The notes under the pieces: model-generated
What the model was told of the DNA's origin: nothing
The model's input: only the letters and a program-made list of their open reading frames with translations
The model's database searches: none
Shown here: positions 36,317 through 44,272 of the stretch, piece after piece
Position numbering within the stretch: position 1 is the first letter of the stretch
Layout of the letters: every line of letters begins with the position of its first letter
Translations under genes and position numbers: made by a program
IMG/VR virus record: IMGVR_UViG_3300018059_000013
Source: a virus
Direction: 5' to 3' (one strand)
DNA: 64,000 nt

Positions 36317-36784
36317 TTATCTTCTCGTGCACTCTCCAGATTCGGCTTCCTTCATGAGCTCCCTCAGAACGAGACCATTTCCGTAGCGTTTGCGGGAAAA
36401 TTGATTCCCTACGAAGCAGCGCCCGTGGGTGTAGATTCCCAAGGAGTCGCGCCCGCGAATTCCCGCATTCTCGCAGAGATCGACGCTCTCTTGGATTCGA
36501 ACTAGAGCGAGGTGGGCTTGCTTTTCGAGCAATTGGGAGCACGAATCTGCGACTTCTTCGTTGGAACGCGGGACGATCTGAAAGGTGCCCCTTGCTCCGT
36601 ACGAATTCAACCTCCTACAGAAGACAACGTCTTTGTCGAATCCACTCTCTCCTCGAGCTATTAGGAGGAGAGTTTCCACCTGCCAGACTTCGACAGAGAC
36701 TGCAATGGTCGCTCGCACGACCTTGTCGACAACGTCCTCATCAACGTGTTGGGAGAATCTCGGTTCTTTTGTTGCGAGATTCAT
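36317..36784 (-). CDS. lytic transglycosylase (SLT-domain) protein (~156 aa)
   Basis: Catalytic ES (IARGESGFD) and GARGTFQIVP motifs. The internal ATG at 36784 is used; the listed 249-aa N-terminal extension is G/R-rich and overlaps gene 36814..37182. Confidence 0.55.
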   Translation of the reverse strand: MNLATKEPRFSQHVDEDVVDKVVRATIAVSVEVWQVETLLLIARGESGFDKDVVFCRRLNSYGARGTFQIVPRSNEEVADSCSQLLEKQAHLALVRIQESVDLCENAGIRGRDSLGIYTHGRCFVGNQFSRKRYGNGLVLRELMKEAESGECTRR

Positions 36785-36813
36785 CGCAAATGCGAACGCT
36801 GCAGCGTAGAGGT

Positions 36814-37182
36814 TCACTTCGTCTCTCGAGCGAGTTTCTGTTCTGCGTACTTCTTCTCGCGGCTGGACACCTTCTTGACGTCGTCCACCACACGATCCTT
36901 CTTCGCCTGCTCTGTGGCCAGCGGCTTGTTCTTCGCCGCCTCCATTCGGGCCTTGATGCGGGCCTTCTGTTTGACGGCACCGTCGGGGAAACGCTGGTTG
37001 AGAATGGCGAGCTGCTCGTCGAACGAGAGCCGGGCCCACTTCACGTTCCGCCCGTCGACCTTGCAATCGTTCACCCCTACGACGCCCTCTGCATCACGAC
37101 GACGCATCTCCTTGAGATGGGGACTGAACCCCTTGACTCCGACGTGGTGTCGTGCGTGTCCCGCTGTGGTCTTTCCGCTCAT
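36814..37182 (-). CDS. hypothetical basic protein (122 aa)
   Basis: K/R/H-rich, helical C-terminus. Confidence 0.45.
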   Translation of the reverse strand: MSGKTTAGHARHHVGVKGFSPHLKEMRRRDAEGVVGVNDCKVDGRNVKWARLSFDEQLAILNQRFPDGAVKQKARIKARMEAAKNKPLATEQAKKDRVVDDVKKVSSREKKYAEQKLARETK

Positions 37183-37216
37183 GTTGATTCCTCCAGACCT
37201 TTCGGTCCTTCACGGG

Positions 37217-37531
37217 TTAGAGTTTGCGTGCAGATGGGAGATTCAGGATCTCGTGATTGACGAAATGTTTGTACGTCGCCGGAAAGTTTTTCTTGAGCGC
37301 TTGGAGAGCCTGTACGATCTGCTTGAACTCGAAATCGGGTCTCGTGATCCGTATCTTAGTGTTCGCAGATGCAATGCAGGTGACCCATTCTATATGGGAT
37401 CCGCCGCAGTACATGGTTTCATGGCTCTTGAGGCACCCCTCTAGGCTCGGAAGTTCGGACCCAATGATTCCCACGAAACGTTCGCACCTTGGGCAGGTGA
37501 CCCTGTCGCAGCACGGGCAGGGGACTAACAT
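37217..37531 (-). CDS. hypothetical Cys-rich protein (104 aa)
   Basis: CPCCDRVTCPRCE motif. Confidence 0.4.
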   Translation of the reverse strand: MLVPCPCCDRVTCPRCERFVGIIGSELPSLEGCLKSHETMYCGGSHIEWVTCIASANTKIRITRPDFEFKQIVQALQALKKNFPATYKHFVNHEILNLPSARKL

Positions 37532-38421
37532 ACCGGCTCCGGGGTTTCACACCACCAACACTTTTTCGATCCGATATCATTGTTGCGTGAACACTGCTTG
37601 CACGGAGCTTCGACCCGTGTTGTAGAAACCTGCACCTCTTTGGGAGGGCAGAACCTTTCATCGCTCCGCGAGATAAAGCAGTAACCGCCAGGAAGATGAG
37701 CTGCTGCGGTCTTGCCACACTGCTCGTTGGTGCAGACGGGTGTTACTGCTGTATGGAGGGTGGGTGGGAGTCCGGCGTCGTCGTACCCGCTTGCATCCCG
37801 AAGAGAGGACGAACAGTACGGTGCTGTTGCTCCACATCCACACTGACACCGGCCCTTACCGTTGTTGTTCCATGCGAAATCGTCGCGTACCGGAACTTTG
37901 ACTCGGCGGGAAGGTTGCGTCGACGGTGAGCATAGACTCATCTCGTCCATGAAGAGAGGAGGGATCGGCAACTCGAGATACTCAAGGACTGCCGTGTTGA
38001 TCGCGTAGTCTTTTGCCAAGTTGGGGTTCGGAATTCCGATGAAATCTTCAGCTTCCAACTTTGAGAGTTTTACGTCGACGAAATTTAACCTATTTTCGAA
38101 CGCGAACCGGCGATGAGCATCGCTCATGGGAGTTGTGCCAAGACTGTTCGACATGCTCTTGGGTCGAGACATGAGTGCCGCCTCGGCATGAAGTCGCTCA
38201 TGCTCTTCAATGATTTCCCGAGCTTTCTGAATGTTCTGGAGCTCGACTATCGCGTTCTTGATGTCTTCGTCTGGAATCGACGGAGAGATGTTGAGCCATC
38301 CGGGATCGTAGACTATGATGGGCATCCGTACTTCGAACGCCAATTCTGCGTTCTTGCGATCGATCTGTTCTTGCAGAATCGAACTCCACGACTTCTTCGG
38401 TTTCTCGTGCTCGTCATCCAT
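37525..38421 (-). CDS. hypothetical protein with a Cys-rich C-terminus (298 aa)
   Basis: Long, protein-like ORF. Confidence 0.5.
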   Translation of the reverse strand: MDDEHEKPKKSWSSILQEQIDRKNAELAFEVRMPIIVYDPGWLNISPSIPDEDIKNAIVELQNIQKAREIIEEHERLHAEAALMSRPKSMSNSLGTTPMSDAHRRFAFENRLNFVDVKLSKLEAEDFIGIPNPNLAKDYAINTAVLEYLELPIPPLFMDEMSLCSPSTQPSRRVKVPVRDDFAWNNNGKGRCQCGCGATAPYCSSSLRDASGYDDAGLPPTLHTAVTPVCTNEQCGKTAAAHLPGGYCFISRSDERFCPPKEVQVSTTRVEAPCKQCSRNNDIGSKKCWWCETPEPVC

Positions 38422-38459
38422 CTTGACCTCCTACAGCCGTTGATGTTTGAATCGGGATC

Positions 38460-38633
38460 TCAGAACAACAGACCAAGAGCCCAACGTGTGAACACATACA
38501 TCCATGTTCCGGGCCAGATCATCGAGAGCAATGCACACTTCCAAAATGGATACGTGCGCGGAAACAAACCGTGCATGACGCCGTAGAGCAATACGAACGT
38601 GATGAGCGTGCAAATCGTGTACAGAGTGAACAT
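38460..38633 (-). CDS. 57-aa hydrophobic membrane peptide (below the track cutoff)
   Basis: MFTLYTICTLITFVLLYGVMHGLFPRTYPFWKCALLSMIWPGTWMYVFTRWALGLLF. Confidence 0.3.
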   Translation of the reverse strand: MFTLYTICTLITFVLLYGVMHGLFPRTYPFWKCALLSMIWPGTWMYVFTRWALGLLF

Positions 38634-38887
38634 TCTAGCTCCCCAAATCGGAATCTCAAGTTTGGGAGGGAAGAACGCACCGTTCGACCGACCCAGAGTT
38701 GAACGCCCGATTGCGTTCTTTTTAGCCCGGTGTTTCTCCGGGTATGCGTGCGCTAAGCGCTGTCTTTGTCCCTAGGCTTGCTGCTTGGCGGTGCTTCGGG
38801 ATCGATATCGTGACGCCGTCGAGGAAGGAAAATTTCAGCTCCCATAGAAGGACTTCTTCATGATGTTTCTCCTTTCTCAAAGATTCG

Positions 38888-38964
38888 CGGTTCATCCAAG
38901 ATTCGAACTTGGAACCGAACGGGTTCTAACACCCGAGCGCTCTACCAATTTGAGCTAATGAACC
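38888..38964 (-). tRNA. tRNA-like gene (77 nt) with an irregular anticodon arm, type undetermined
   Basis: Perfect acceptor GGTTCAT/ATGAACC, D-arm GCTC...GAGC, T-arm CCAAG-TTCGAAT-CTTGG. The anticodon region CGGGT-GTTAGA-ACCCG gives a 6-nt loop (or 8-nt with a 4-bp stem). Confidence 0.5.
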
Positions 38965-39218
38965 TGGTTATTGTAGATTTCGTACTGGTACGAACAGAGT
39001 TCACACAGTCCCGAAGATGTCGAAACAATCGCTTTTCTTCTCGATATATACGAAACCAGAACTAGATCACCTGCTTTTGCGACGATCTTTTGATTCGAAC
39101 AAAGAATGTGATTGAAGGGAATCACTCCCAACCCGGGAACTTCGATCAACGTCGTTTTCAGACAGACGTGGGTAGCAGTTCGAATTCGCCATGCCCGGGC
39201 TGCTCCTCCGTCTTTCAC
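38955..39218 (-). CDS. small-family protein (87 aa, KAGDLVLV motif); 3' end overlaps the tRNA-like gene
   Basis: ORF only. Confidence 0.3.
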   Translation of the reverse strand: MKDGGAARAWRIRTATHVCLKTTLIEVPGLGVIPFNHILCSNQKIVAKAGDLVLVSYISRRKAIVSTSSGLCELCSYQYEIYNNQVH

Positions 39219-39222
39219 CGTT

Positions 39223-39438
39223 TCACCAGTTCTTCAGATCACGGATCTTGCGAGTGTCACCCTCGAACCACACCAGCCCAAAAAAACCCCGCTCGTAGAA
39301 CAGGGTCGCCAGCCCGGCCTTCCCCAGTTCCGAAGCCTCGTACAACGTGGGGAAGTCCACACGACGAGCGCCCGTCCATCGACGTTGGAAAGGCTTGTGT
39401 CCGATCTTGGTAGGTTTCTTTCCAGTGAACATGTTCAT
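39223..39438 (-). CDS. hypothetical small protein (internal start MNMFTGKK)
   Basis: ORF only. Confidence 0.3.
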   Translation of the reverse strand: MNMFTGKKPTKIGHKPFQRRWTGARRVDFPTLYEASELGKAGLATLFYERGFFGLVWFEGDTRKIRDLKNW

Positions 39439-39632
39439 TCTCCGCAGGGTTCGCAGTACGATTTGCCGAAAGAAGGAGCTGCCCTGTTGCAACAGAGGCA
39501 CGCTCCCGAAATGAACGGCTTTCCTGACTGGGAGATGAATTGACGCTGTGCGGCATCTATCTCCTCCTTCGTCAGGGAAACGAGCACGGGTTTTCCTGTT
39601 TCGTCCCGAGCGAACAGTTGGACGATCTTCAT
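39435..39632 (-). CDS. hypothetical small Cys-containing protein (65 aa)
   Basis: CLCCN...CEPCGE. Confidence 0.4.
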   Translation of the reverse strand: MKIVQLFARDETGKPVLVSLTKEEIDAAQRQFISQSGKPFISGACLCCNRAAPSFGKSYCEPCGE

Positions 39633-39937
39633 GAGGATTTGATCCCCATGAGCTGTTCGAGATGTTCGACTCGGACCCTGAGCTCCGCGAGGTCGTTGTC
39701 CCGTGTCGTATCGGGAGGAGCTTCGACCTGAACAGGCGTAGCCTCCAACGTGATGGTCACCCGGACCAACTCACCGGCGTCGTTGATCTCTTCGACGATT
39801 GCGCTCGGAGGAAGCTTGTTGACGCTGGCGATCGCCGCCGCCTTGGCCCGCGCCTTCTCGGGAGTCTGAACCTGGTGAACCTTGGTGTTCTCCTTGCCCA
39901 TGTAGATGTCGTGCTTGGTGAACAGGACGTCGATCAT
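39629..39937 (-). CDS. hypothetical protein (102 aa)
   Basis: ORF only. Confidence 0.45.
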   Translation of the reverse strand: MIDVLFTKHDIYMGKENTKVHQVQTPEKARAKAAAIASVNKLPPSAIVEEINDAGELVRVTITLEATPVQVEAPPDTTRDNDLAELRVRVEHLEQLMGIKSS

Positions 39938-40203
39938 TTTTCACTCTCCTTTAGCCAACGGGCGCGGGCAGAGAGGATGAGCTCTTCTGCCCGCGCCGTC
40001 GAGTTTGAAATCGTGGAAAGGGTTTCGTTGAGGTCGTTGACCTCTTCGTCGGTGAGAGTTTTCTCCTCACCGGACATGAGAACATGCGCCCGGAAGAATC
40101 CTTCGATGTCGTTCCATCGATCCCAGTTGATTCCCGAGCGCTTGTTGTCAATCACATTCTTCGTCCTCTTCCTCATCGTAGTAGTCGTCCTCTTCTTCTT
40201 CAT
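39934..40203 (-). CDS. hypothetical protein (89 aa, basic N-terminus)
   Basis: ORF only. Confidence 0.4.
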   Translation of the reverse strand: MKKKRTTTTMRKRTKNVIDNKRSGINWDRWNDIEGFFRAHVLMSGEEKTLTDEEVNDLNETLSTISNSTARAEELILSARARWLKESEK

Positions 40204-40417
40204 CCTTGGGATTGCAGAGGTGGATCTGAGTCAGCTTGTCGACGATTTTCCCGTCTTTCCAAGCTTCGAATCGAACCTGATTGGTGTTCCCATCCTGCTC
40301 GCATTCTTTGATCTCGGCATCGTAGGCCCGAGAGGCGAGGCGGCGGGAAGAACTGACGTACTGATTCACATCAGCACCATCGAAGTCCTGTACGACGACC
40401 GTGTACACTAAGCTCAT
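40148..40417 (-). CDS. hypothetical protein with a poly-acidic C-terminus (~89 aa)
   Basis: ATG at 40417 preceded by AAGGA; downstream of promoter 40437..40472. Confidence 0.4.
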   Translation of the reverse strand: MSLVYTVVVQDFDGADVNQYVSSSRRLASRAYDAEIKECEQDGNTNQVRFEAWKDGKIVDKLTQIHLCNPKDEEEEDDYYDEEEDEECD

Positions 40418-40436
40418 AAAAAGATCCTTTGTTACC

Positions 40437-40472
40437 TTGTTAATTGTATCACACGAAGAAAATAGATTCATC
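40437..40472 (-). promoter_or_regulatory. conserved promoter motif, instance 8 (GATGAATC...TGATACAAT)
   Basis: Reverse complement reads GATGAATCTATTTTCTTCGTGTGATACAATTAACAAGG. Confidence 0.6.
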
Positions 40473-40502
40473 ACGCAGATATCCCATATGTGTCCGTGCC
40501 CT

Positions 40503-40688
40503 TTAGAGCACTTCTTCGCACCATGAGTCGGTATCACGCACGTACGTGTCGTACACTTTACCGTCGGGACCGAGGTAAAAGTACTTCACCACGGTTGTTC
40601 CACCAAAATCGACGTCCACCTGGCCCACGGGCAAAATGATATCGCCCGGTCTGAACCGAAATACGGAAGTGGTGAGCTTAAAGATCAT
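40503..40688 (-). CDS. small-family protein (61 aa, RPGDIILPVGQ)
   Basis: ORF only. Confidence 0.4.
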   Translation of the reverse strand: MIFKLTTSVFRFRPGDIILPVGQVDVDFGGTTVVKYFYLGPDGKVYDTYVRDTDSWCEEVL

Positions 40689-40918
40689 TCGAACTTAATC
40701 ATGCTTCTGAGCTCGTTGCCGGGGTAAGTGAGATGGTGGCCAACTCCTCCGAAAGTCATGAACAGATGCGTGCTCCACGATCCCCATTTCAGGGGATTGT
40801 CTGTCAATAGCATGACGATGTCGCCTGCCTTACACTCGACAAATGTATAGTCTTTGTTGGACGTACCTAGCAGGGAAGTTTCGAACCGTAGGCTAGAGAC
40901 TAACTTCAGAAACTTCAT
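40685..40918 (-). CDS. small-family protein (77 aa, KAGDIVMLL)
   Basis: ORF only. Confidence 0.4.
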   Translation of the reverse strand: MKFLKLVSSLRFETSLLGTSNKDYTFVECKAGDIVMLLTDNPLKWGSWSTHLFMTFGGVGHHLTYPGNELRSMIKFE

Positions 40919-40987
40919 TTACTTCTTCCCAAGAGGACGTACGAACTGGCATTGTACTTCCAGCATTTTTGAGGAGCTTGAGGAGCA

Positions 40988-41161
40988 TCAGATCTCTCTC
41001 CAATATCCGAGCTCGATTCCTCGTTGGGGATTGACAGTCGTCTTCCACCGCCTTCCATCGCTGAGGAAGAAGTTCCATCTCGGAGGAAACGAATCGCCGG
41101 GTTGTTCGTACAAGAAGATGACGACTGTTCCCGCGGGGAATCCCCACGAATGCAGAAGCAT
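40988..41161 (-). CDS. W-family small protein (~57 aa, internal start)
   Basis: HSWGFPAGTVVIFL...NFFLSDGRRWKTTV...GIELGYWREI; paralog of 41176..41385. Confidence 0.35.
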   Translation of the reverse strand: MLLHSWGFPAGTVVIFLYEQPGDSFPPRWNFFLSDGRRWKTTVNPQRGIELGYWREI

Positions 41162-41175
41162 CTTGGCAATGAACG

Positions 41176-41385
41176 TCACAATTCTTCCCAATATCCAAGT
41201 TCGACGCCCCACATCGGGCCAGAAGAGGTTTGGAACAACCTGTTGTTGCAAGAGTAGAAATACTGGACTATGAATCTCTTTCCCAAGAGATTGGGGAACT
41301 GTCCTCTGGCCTTTTTCAAAAGGACAACGACGCTCCCTTTCGGGAATCCCCACCATGAAGTGCTGACCATTCTTCCGACAAACAT
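41176..41385 (-). CDS. W-family small protein
   Basis: TSWWGFPKGSVVVLL...GVELGYWEEL. Confidence 0.35.
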   Translation of the reverse strand: MFVGRMVSTSWWGFPKGSVVVLLKKARGQFPNLLGKRFIVQYFYSCNNRLFQTSSGPMWGVELGYWEEL

Positions 41386-41453
41386 GATGAGAGCCGCAGA
41401 TCTGGATCGAACAGACGACAACCGCTTTACGAAAACGGGGCTCTACCTCTGAG

Positions 41454-41933
41454 CTACTGCGGCGAAGGATATTTGTAGTACTTTTTTCGTAGTATCAATC
41501 GCGATGTCTTAAATTTTCCTCTGTTTTTTCCAGCGTACGAATCAGTTTGCGCGTGGCAATTAGGACAGATGAATCTGAGATTTTCTATCGAATTGATCTC
41601 AGGATTTCCGTCAACGTGATCCATTTGAATGGGAGCGGATTTCCCACACCATTCTTCGATCCCGCAAATTTCGCATTTTACTCCTCTTTCAGAGAGGAGT
41701 CTCGTCTTTCTAGTACCATCTTTTTTGACATCTTCGAATGCCAGTGCGTGCAATCGTTTGTGACCGCCCAGCCGATATCCAGTCTCAAAATGCTTTCTGC
41801 AGATATTGTACGTATGAGTTTTGTCAGATGGTGGAATTTTCCACGAAGGATCTCTTCGTGTGTGTCCACTACGATGTCCTCCTAAACGAGAAGAATTCTC
41901 GAACTCTTTCCCATGCACGTCGCATGAAAACAT
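41454..41933 (-). CDS. HNH endonuclease with N-terminal C2H2-type zinc fingers, copy 2
   Basis: MFSCDVHGKEF...GGHRSGH; CEICG...QMDHVDGN...NLRFICPNCH. Paralog of 35215..35676. Confidence 0.75.
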   Translation of the reverse strand: MFSCDVHGKEFENSSRLGGHRSGHTRRDPSWKIPPSDKTHTYNICRKHFETGYRLGGHKRLHALAFEDVKKDGTRKTRLLSERGVKCEICGIEEWCGKSAPIQMDHVDGNPEINSIENLRFICPNCHAQTDSYAGKNRGKFKTSRLILRKKYYKYPSPQ

Positions 41934-42165
41934 GCGGAAAATGTACAAAAGAAATCATGATTGAACATCTCGAAAGGACATGAACCACCCGAGAAAATCT
42001 GCATCTTTCCATTGGACTCCATCTGTCCGTCGCTTCTCAGCACGAAGCATCCACTAAGCTCAGAATCTCTTAGGACTATGAAGCAATGGTTCTTGGATTT
42101 GGACCACCACATCGAACCCTGGGTGAGGAGAGGTTGGGCTGCAACCCAAGCTGTATCGTCGAAGC

Positions 42166-42717
42166 TCACGGTGCCTTGTGATTTCCGAACTCGTACTTGC
42201 CGGTCGGTTTGAAGTTGATCAGTTGACGTGTGTGGTGTCCGCCGCACCCCCACGATATGTCGTACTTCTCCGCAATTCTCCAGATTGCGGGCCAGCCGTC
42301 GACCCTCGGTTCTCTTCCCTTTTCGTACGTTCCTGTCGCACCGAAGCATCCCCCGTAGCTGCGAGGTCCGACGTCGATGCTCGTGTACCCGACTTCGAAG
42401 CACTCTTCCATGAACGGATCCATGTCGATGTATGGAGTCAACCCAACGAAATCGAGAACGCTAGCATGATTAACGACCTCCTCGAGGTCTGAGAAGTACG
42501 GACGAGATCTTACAACCTTTCCGCTGGAAAGGATGAGAATGGGATGCCATTCGAACTGAGACTTGTAATGGCGGCCGTATGTTTTGACAGATATGATGTC
42601 AGCAACGTAGGCATGGGTTCGATAGAAAGGATCCAGCTCGATTCTGTTTCCTTCGAAATCGAACACAGAATTTGCACTTCTAACGTCAACGAACATCATG
42701 TCACCGGTGTGTACCAT
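42166..42717 (-). CDS. hypothetical protein (183 aa)
   Basis: Protein-like, W/G/Y-rich C-terminus. Confidence 0.5.
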   Translation of the reverse strand: MVHTGDMMFVDVRSANSVFDFEGNRIELDPFYRTHAYVADIISVKTYGRHYKSQFEWHPILILSSGKVVRSRPYFSDLEEVVNHASVLDFVGLTPYIDMDPFMEECFEVGYTSIDVGPRSYGGCFGATGTYEKGREPRVDGWPAIWRIAEKYDISWGCGGHHTRQLINFKPTGKYEFGNHKAP

Positions 42718-42917
42718 TCATCTCCAACCAGAAACAACGATCCGCCGCCGATCGCGAAGTTTCTCGGGTGGAGATACATCACGCTCCCATCCGAGAATAG
42801 ACCGAATCCTCTGATGCACCAATTCGCTGGAGGCACGAGGACGAGGAAGGAACCACCTCGTCCTTTCCACACTTGACCCGTGGCCATCATTTTCCATGAA
42901 TCGGTACCCTTCATCAC
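42696..42917 (-). CDS. W-family small protein (73 aa, FGLFSDGSVMYLHP)
   Basis: ORF only. Confidence 0.35.
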   Translation of the reverse strand: MMKGTDSWKMMATGQVWKGRGGSFLVLVPPANWCIRGFGLFSDGSVMYLHPRNFAIGGGSLFLVGDEWYTPVT

Positions 42918-42941
42918 TGAGAGATCGAATGTCTTGCGTCT

Positions 42942-43262
42942 TCAGAGCTTGGCATCCTTGACTTTCTCGTTCATAGATTCGAACCACTGCGCGTTGCAGA
43001 TCTTGCACTTCACATGGAAGTGCGGAACTCTCGGACAGAGCAGTCTTCCGATCCACCATCGTCGCTTGCCGTAGCAGAGGTTGCTGTACTTGAGCCAGGT
43101 CTCCTCCTTGTAGTGTCGATGGCACGCACGACAGAAGTCTTCTCGGAATCTGAACGACCCGTACGGGTGGGCGGGCATATCTTTCGTCTCTTCCTCGGAT
43201 CTAACGAGCTTGTCCCAGGCCTCGCGAAAGTCCGCGATCGTGAGAGGATCTTTAGCAGTCAT
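42942..43262 (-). CDS. hypothetical Cys/His-rich protein (106 aa)
   Basis: CRACHRH...CPRVPHFHVKCKICN motifs. Confidence 0.45.
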   Translation of the reverse strand: MTAKDPLTIADFREAWDKLVRSEEETKDMPAHPYGSFRFREDFCRACHRHYKEETWLKYSNLCYGKRRWWIGRLLCPRVPHFHVKCKICNAQWFESMNEKVKDAKL

Positions 43263-43477
43263 AGCTCAACCCACTGTTCGTAGCTCTCTATGTCGGGAGC
43301 CCATACGATCTTTCCGTCGGAAAGCAAGAACACGCATGAAGGCGCTCCGTTGTAGGTCCAGGTGCATCTGGCAACGAGAATTGCCACCTCCCCTTTTTCC
43401 AGTGGAAAATAGCATTTACCGTTCCCGCTCGGATCTGTCCACACATGCGCAGGGGTCGTGAATCGAATGAGTGTCAT
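43259..43477 (-). CDS. W-family small protein (72 aa)
   Basis: YFPLEKGEVAILV...VFLLSDGKIVWAPDIESYEQWVEL. Confidence 0.4.
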   Translation of the reverse strand: MTLIRFTTPAHVWTDPSGNGKCYFPLEKGEVAILVARCTWTYNGAPSCVFLLSDGKIVWAPDIESYEQWVEL

Positions 43478-43486
43478 TTGTCCCTA

Positions 43487-43708
43487 CTAGATAAATTCCC
43501 AATCTTTAGTCGAGAAAATCGGAGTCCATCCGATCCTGCCATCGTCTAAGAGAAAGAAATGAGCTGGCATTGGGTCAATTGGACTTTTTCTCCACATGAA
43601 GGAAGCGATTATCATCGCCATCGTTCCCTTTTTCACCCAGATGGAATCTTCTGGTGTACCCTCGCCGGTCCAGGCATATATGCCGTTCAAAAAACGGACG
43701 ATAGTCAC
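43487..43708 (-). CDS. W-family small protein (~73 aa, probable GTG start with AGGAAG Shine-Dalgarno)
   Basis: VTIVRFLNGIYAWTGEGTPEDSIWVKKGTMAMIIA...HFFLLDDGRIGWTPIFSTKDWEFI aligns along its full length with 43259..43477. Confidence 0.35.
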   Translation of the reverse strand: MTIVRFLNGIYAWTGEGTPEDSIWVKKGTMAMIIASFMWRKSPIDPMPAHFFLLDDGRIGWTPIFSTKDWEFI

Positions 43709-43799
43709 TTGTTCTTCCTGCGCATGAAGGCGAAGAATGAAGAGGCGAGCCTGTACGAGTTGACGATGGATTTCATGGTTCTTGATTCTTCGATCCACA

Positions 43800-44090
43800 T
43801 CATTCGATCTGCTTCCAAGCGTGGTCTTGGATGGTGAACCAGCACCCGCAAGCGCCGTGCCCGACCACCCACGCAAAAGCGTACTGCAGATGGTCTAAAG
43901 CATGATTGCGGTTCTGTTCCTCAGTGAATCCTATGATGAGCAGAATACTGTTGTATACGTTCTCGTGATGGACTAGTTGACCCACGCGCGGATCATCTGT
44001 TCTTGTTGAGAGTTTACACAACTGTAAATGGTCTCCCGGATATTGCGCCGTAAAACTCCATAAAGATCCGACCAAGTGATCGTAGATCAT
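43800..44090 (-). CDS. hypothetical protein (96 aa)
   Basis: ORF only. Confidence 0.35.
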   Translation of the reverse strand: MIYDHLVGSLWSFTAQYPGDHLQLCKLSTRTDDPRVGQLVHHENVYNSILLIIGFTEEQNRNHALDHLQYAFAWVVGHGACGCWFTIQDHAWKQIE

Positions 44091-44272
44091 TCGATTTGTC
44101 CCTTCATGAGGGAAGGATGGAGAAGGGCGTACCTCGATCTTCCTTTATAGAAGATGAAAGCGGGGATTGAATCGTTTTCAGACCCCGGCTCGAGGAATGG
44201 ATTAACCAGCAGCACGATGAACGGAACTCCTGCGGAGAGAAAGACGTCTCCCGCTTTCGGATCGAACATCAC
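44087..44272 (-). CDS. small-family protein (61 aa, KAGDVFL)
   Basis: ORF only. Confidence 0.35.
   Translation of the reverse strand: MMFDPKAGDVFLSAGVPFIVLLVNPFLEPGSENDSIPAFIFYKGRSRYALLHPSLMKGQIE

Noticed and set aside
36785-37066. N-terminal 94 aa of the listed 249-aa ORF (36317..37066)
   Set aside because: G/R/E-rich low complexity overlapping the well-formed basic-protein gene 36814..37182. The SLT domain starts at the internal ATG at 36784.
41882-42403. 173-aa minus ORF overlapping both HNH copy 2 and gene 42166..42717
   Set aside because: Most of it is R-rich shadow. Only a possible ~76-aa 3' portion (41882..42112) might be real, and that would still overlap the HNH start. Not called.
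42718-43125. 135-aa minus ORF
   Set aside because: Low-complexity; overlaps the motif-bearing Cys/His-rich gene 42942..43262 and the W-family gene 42696..42917.
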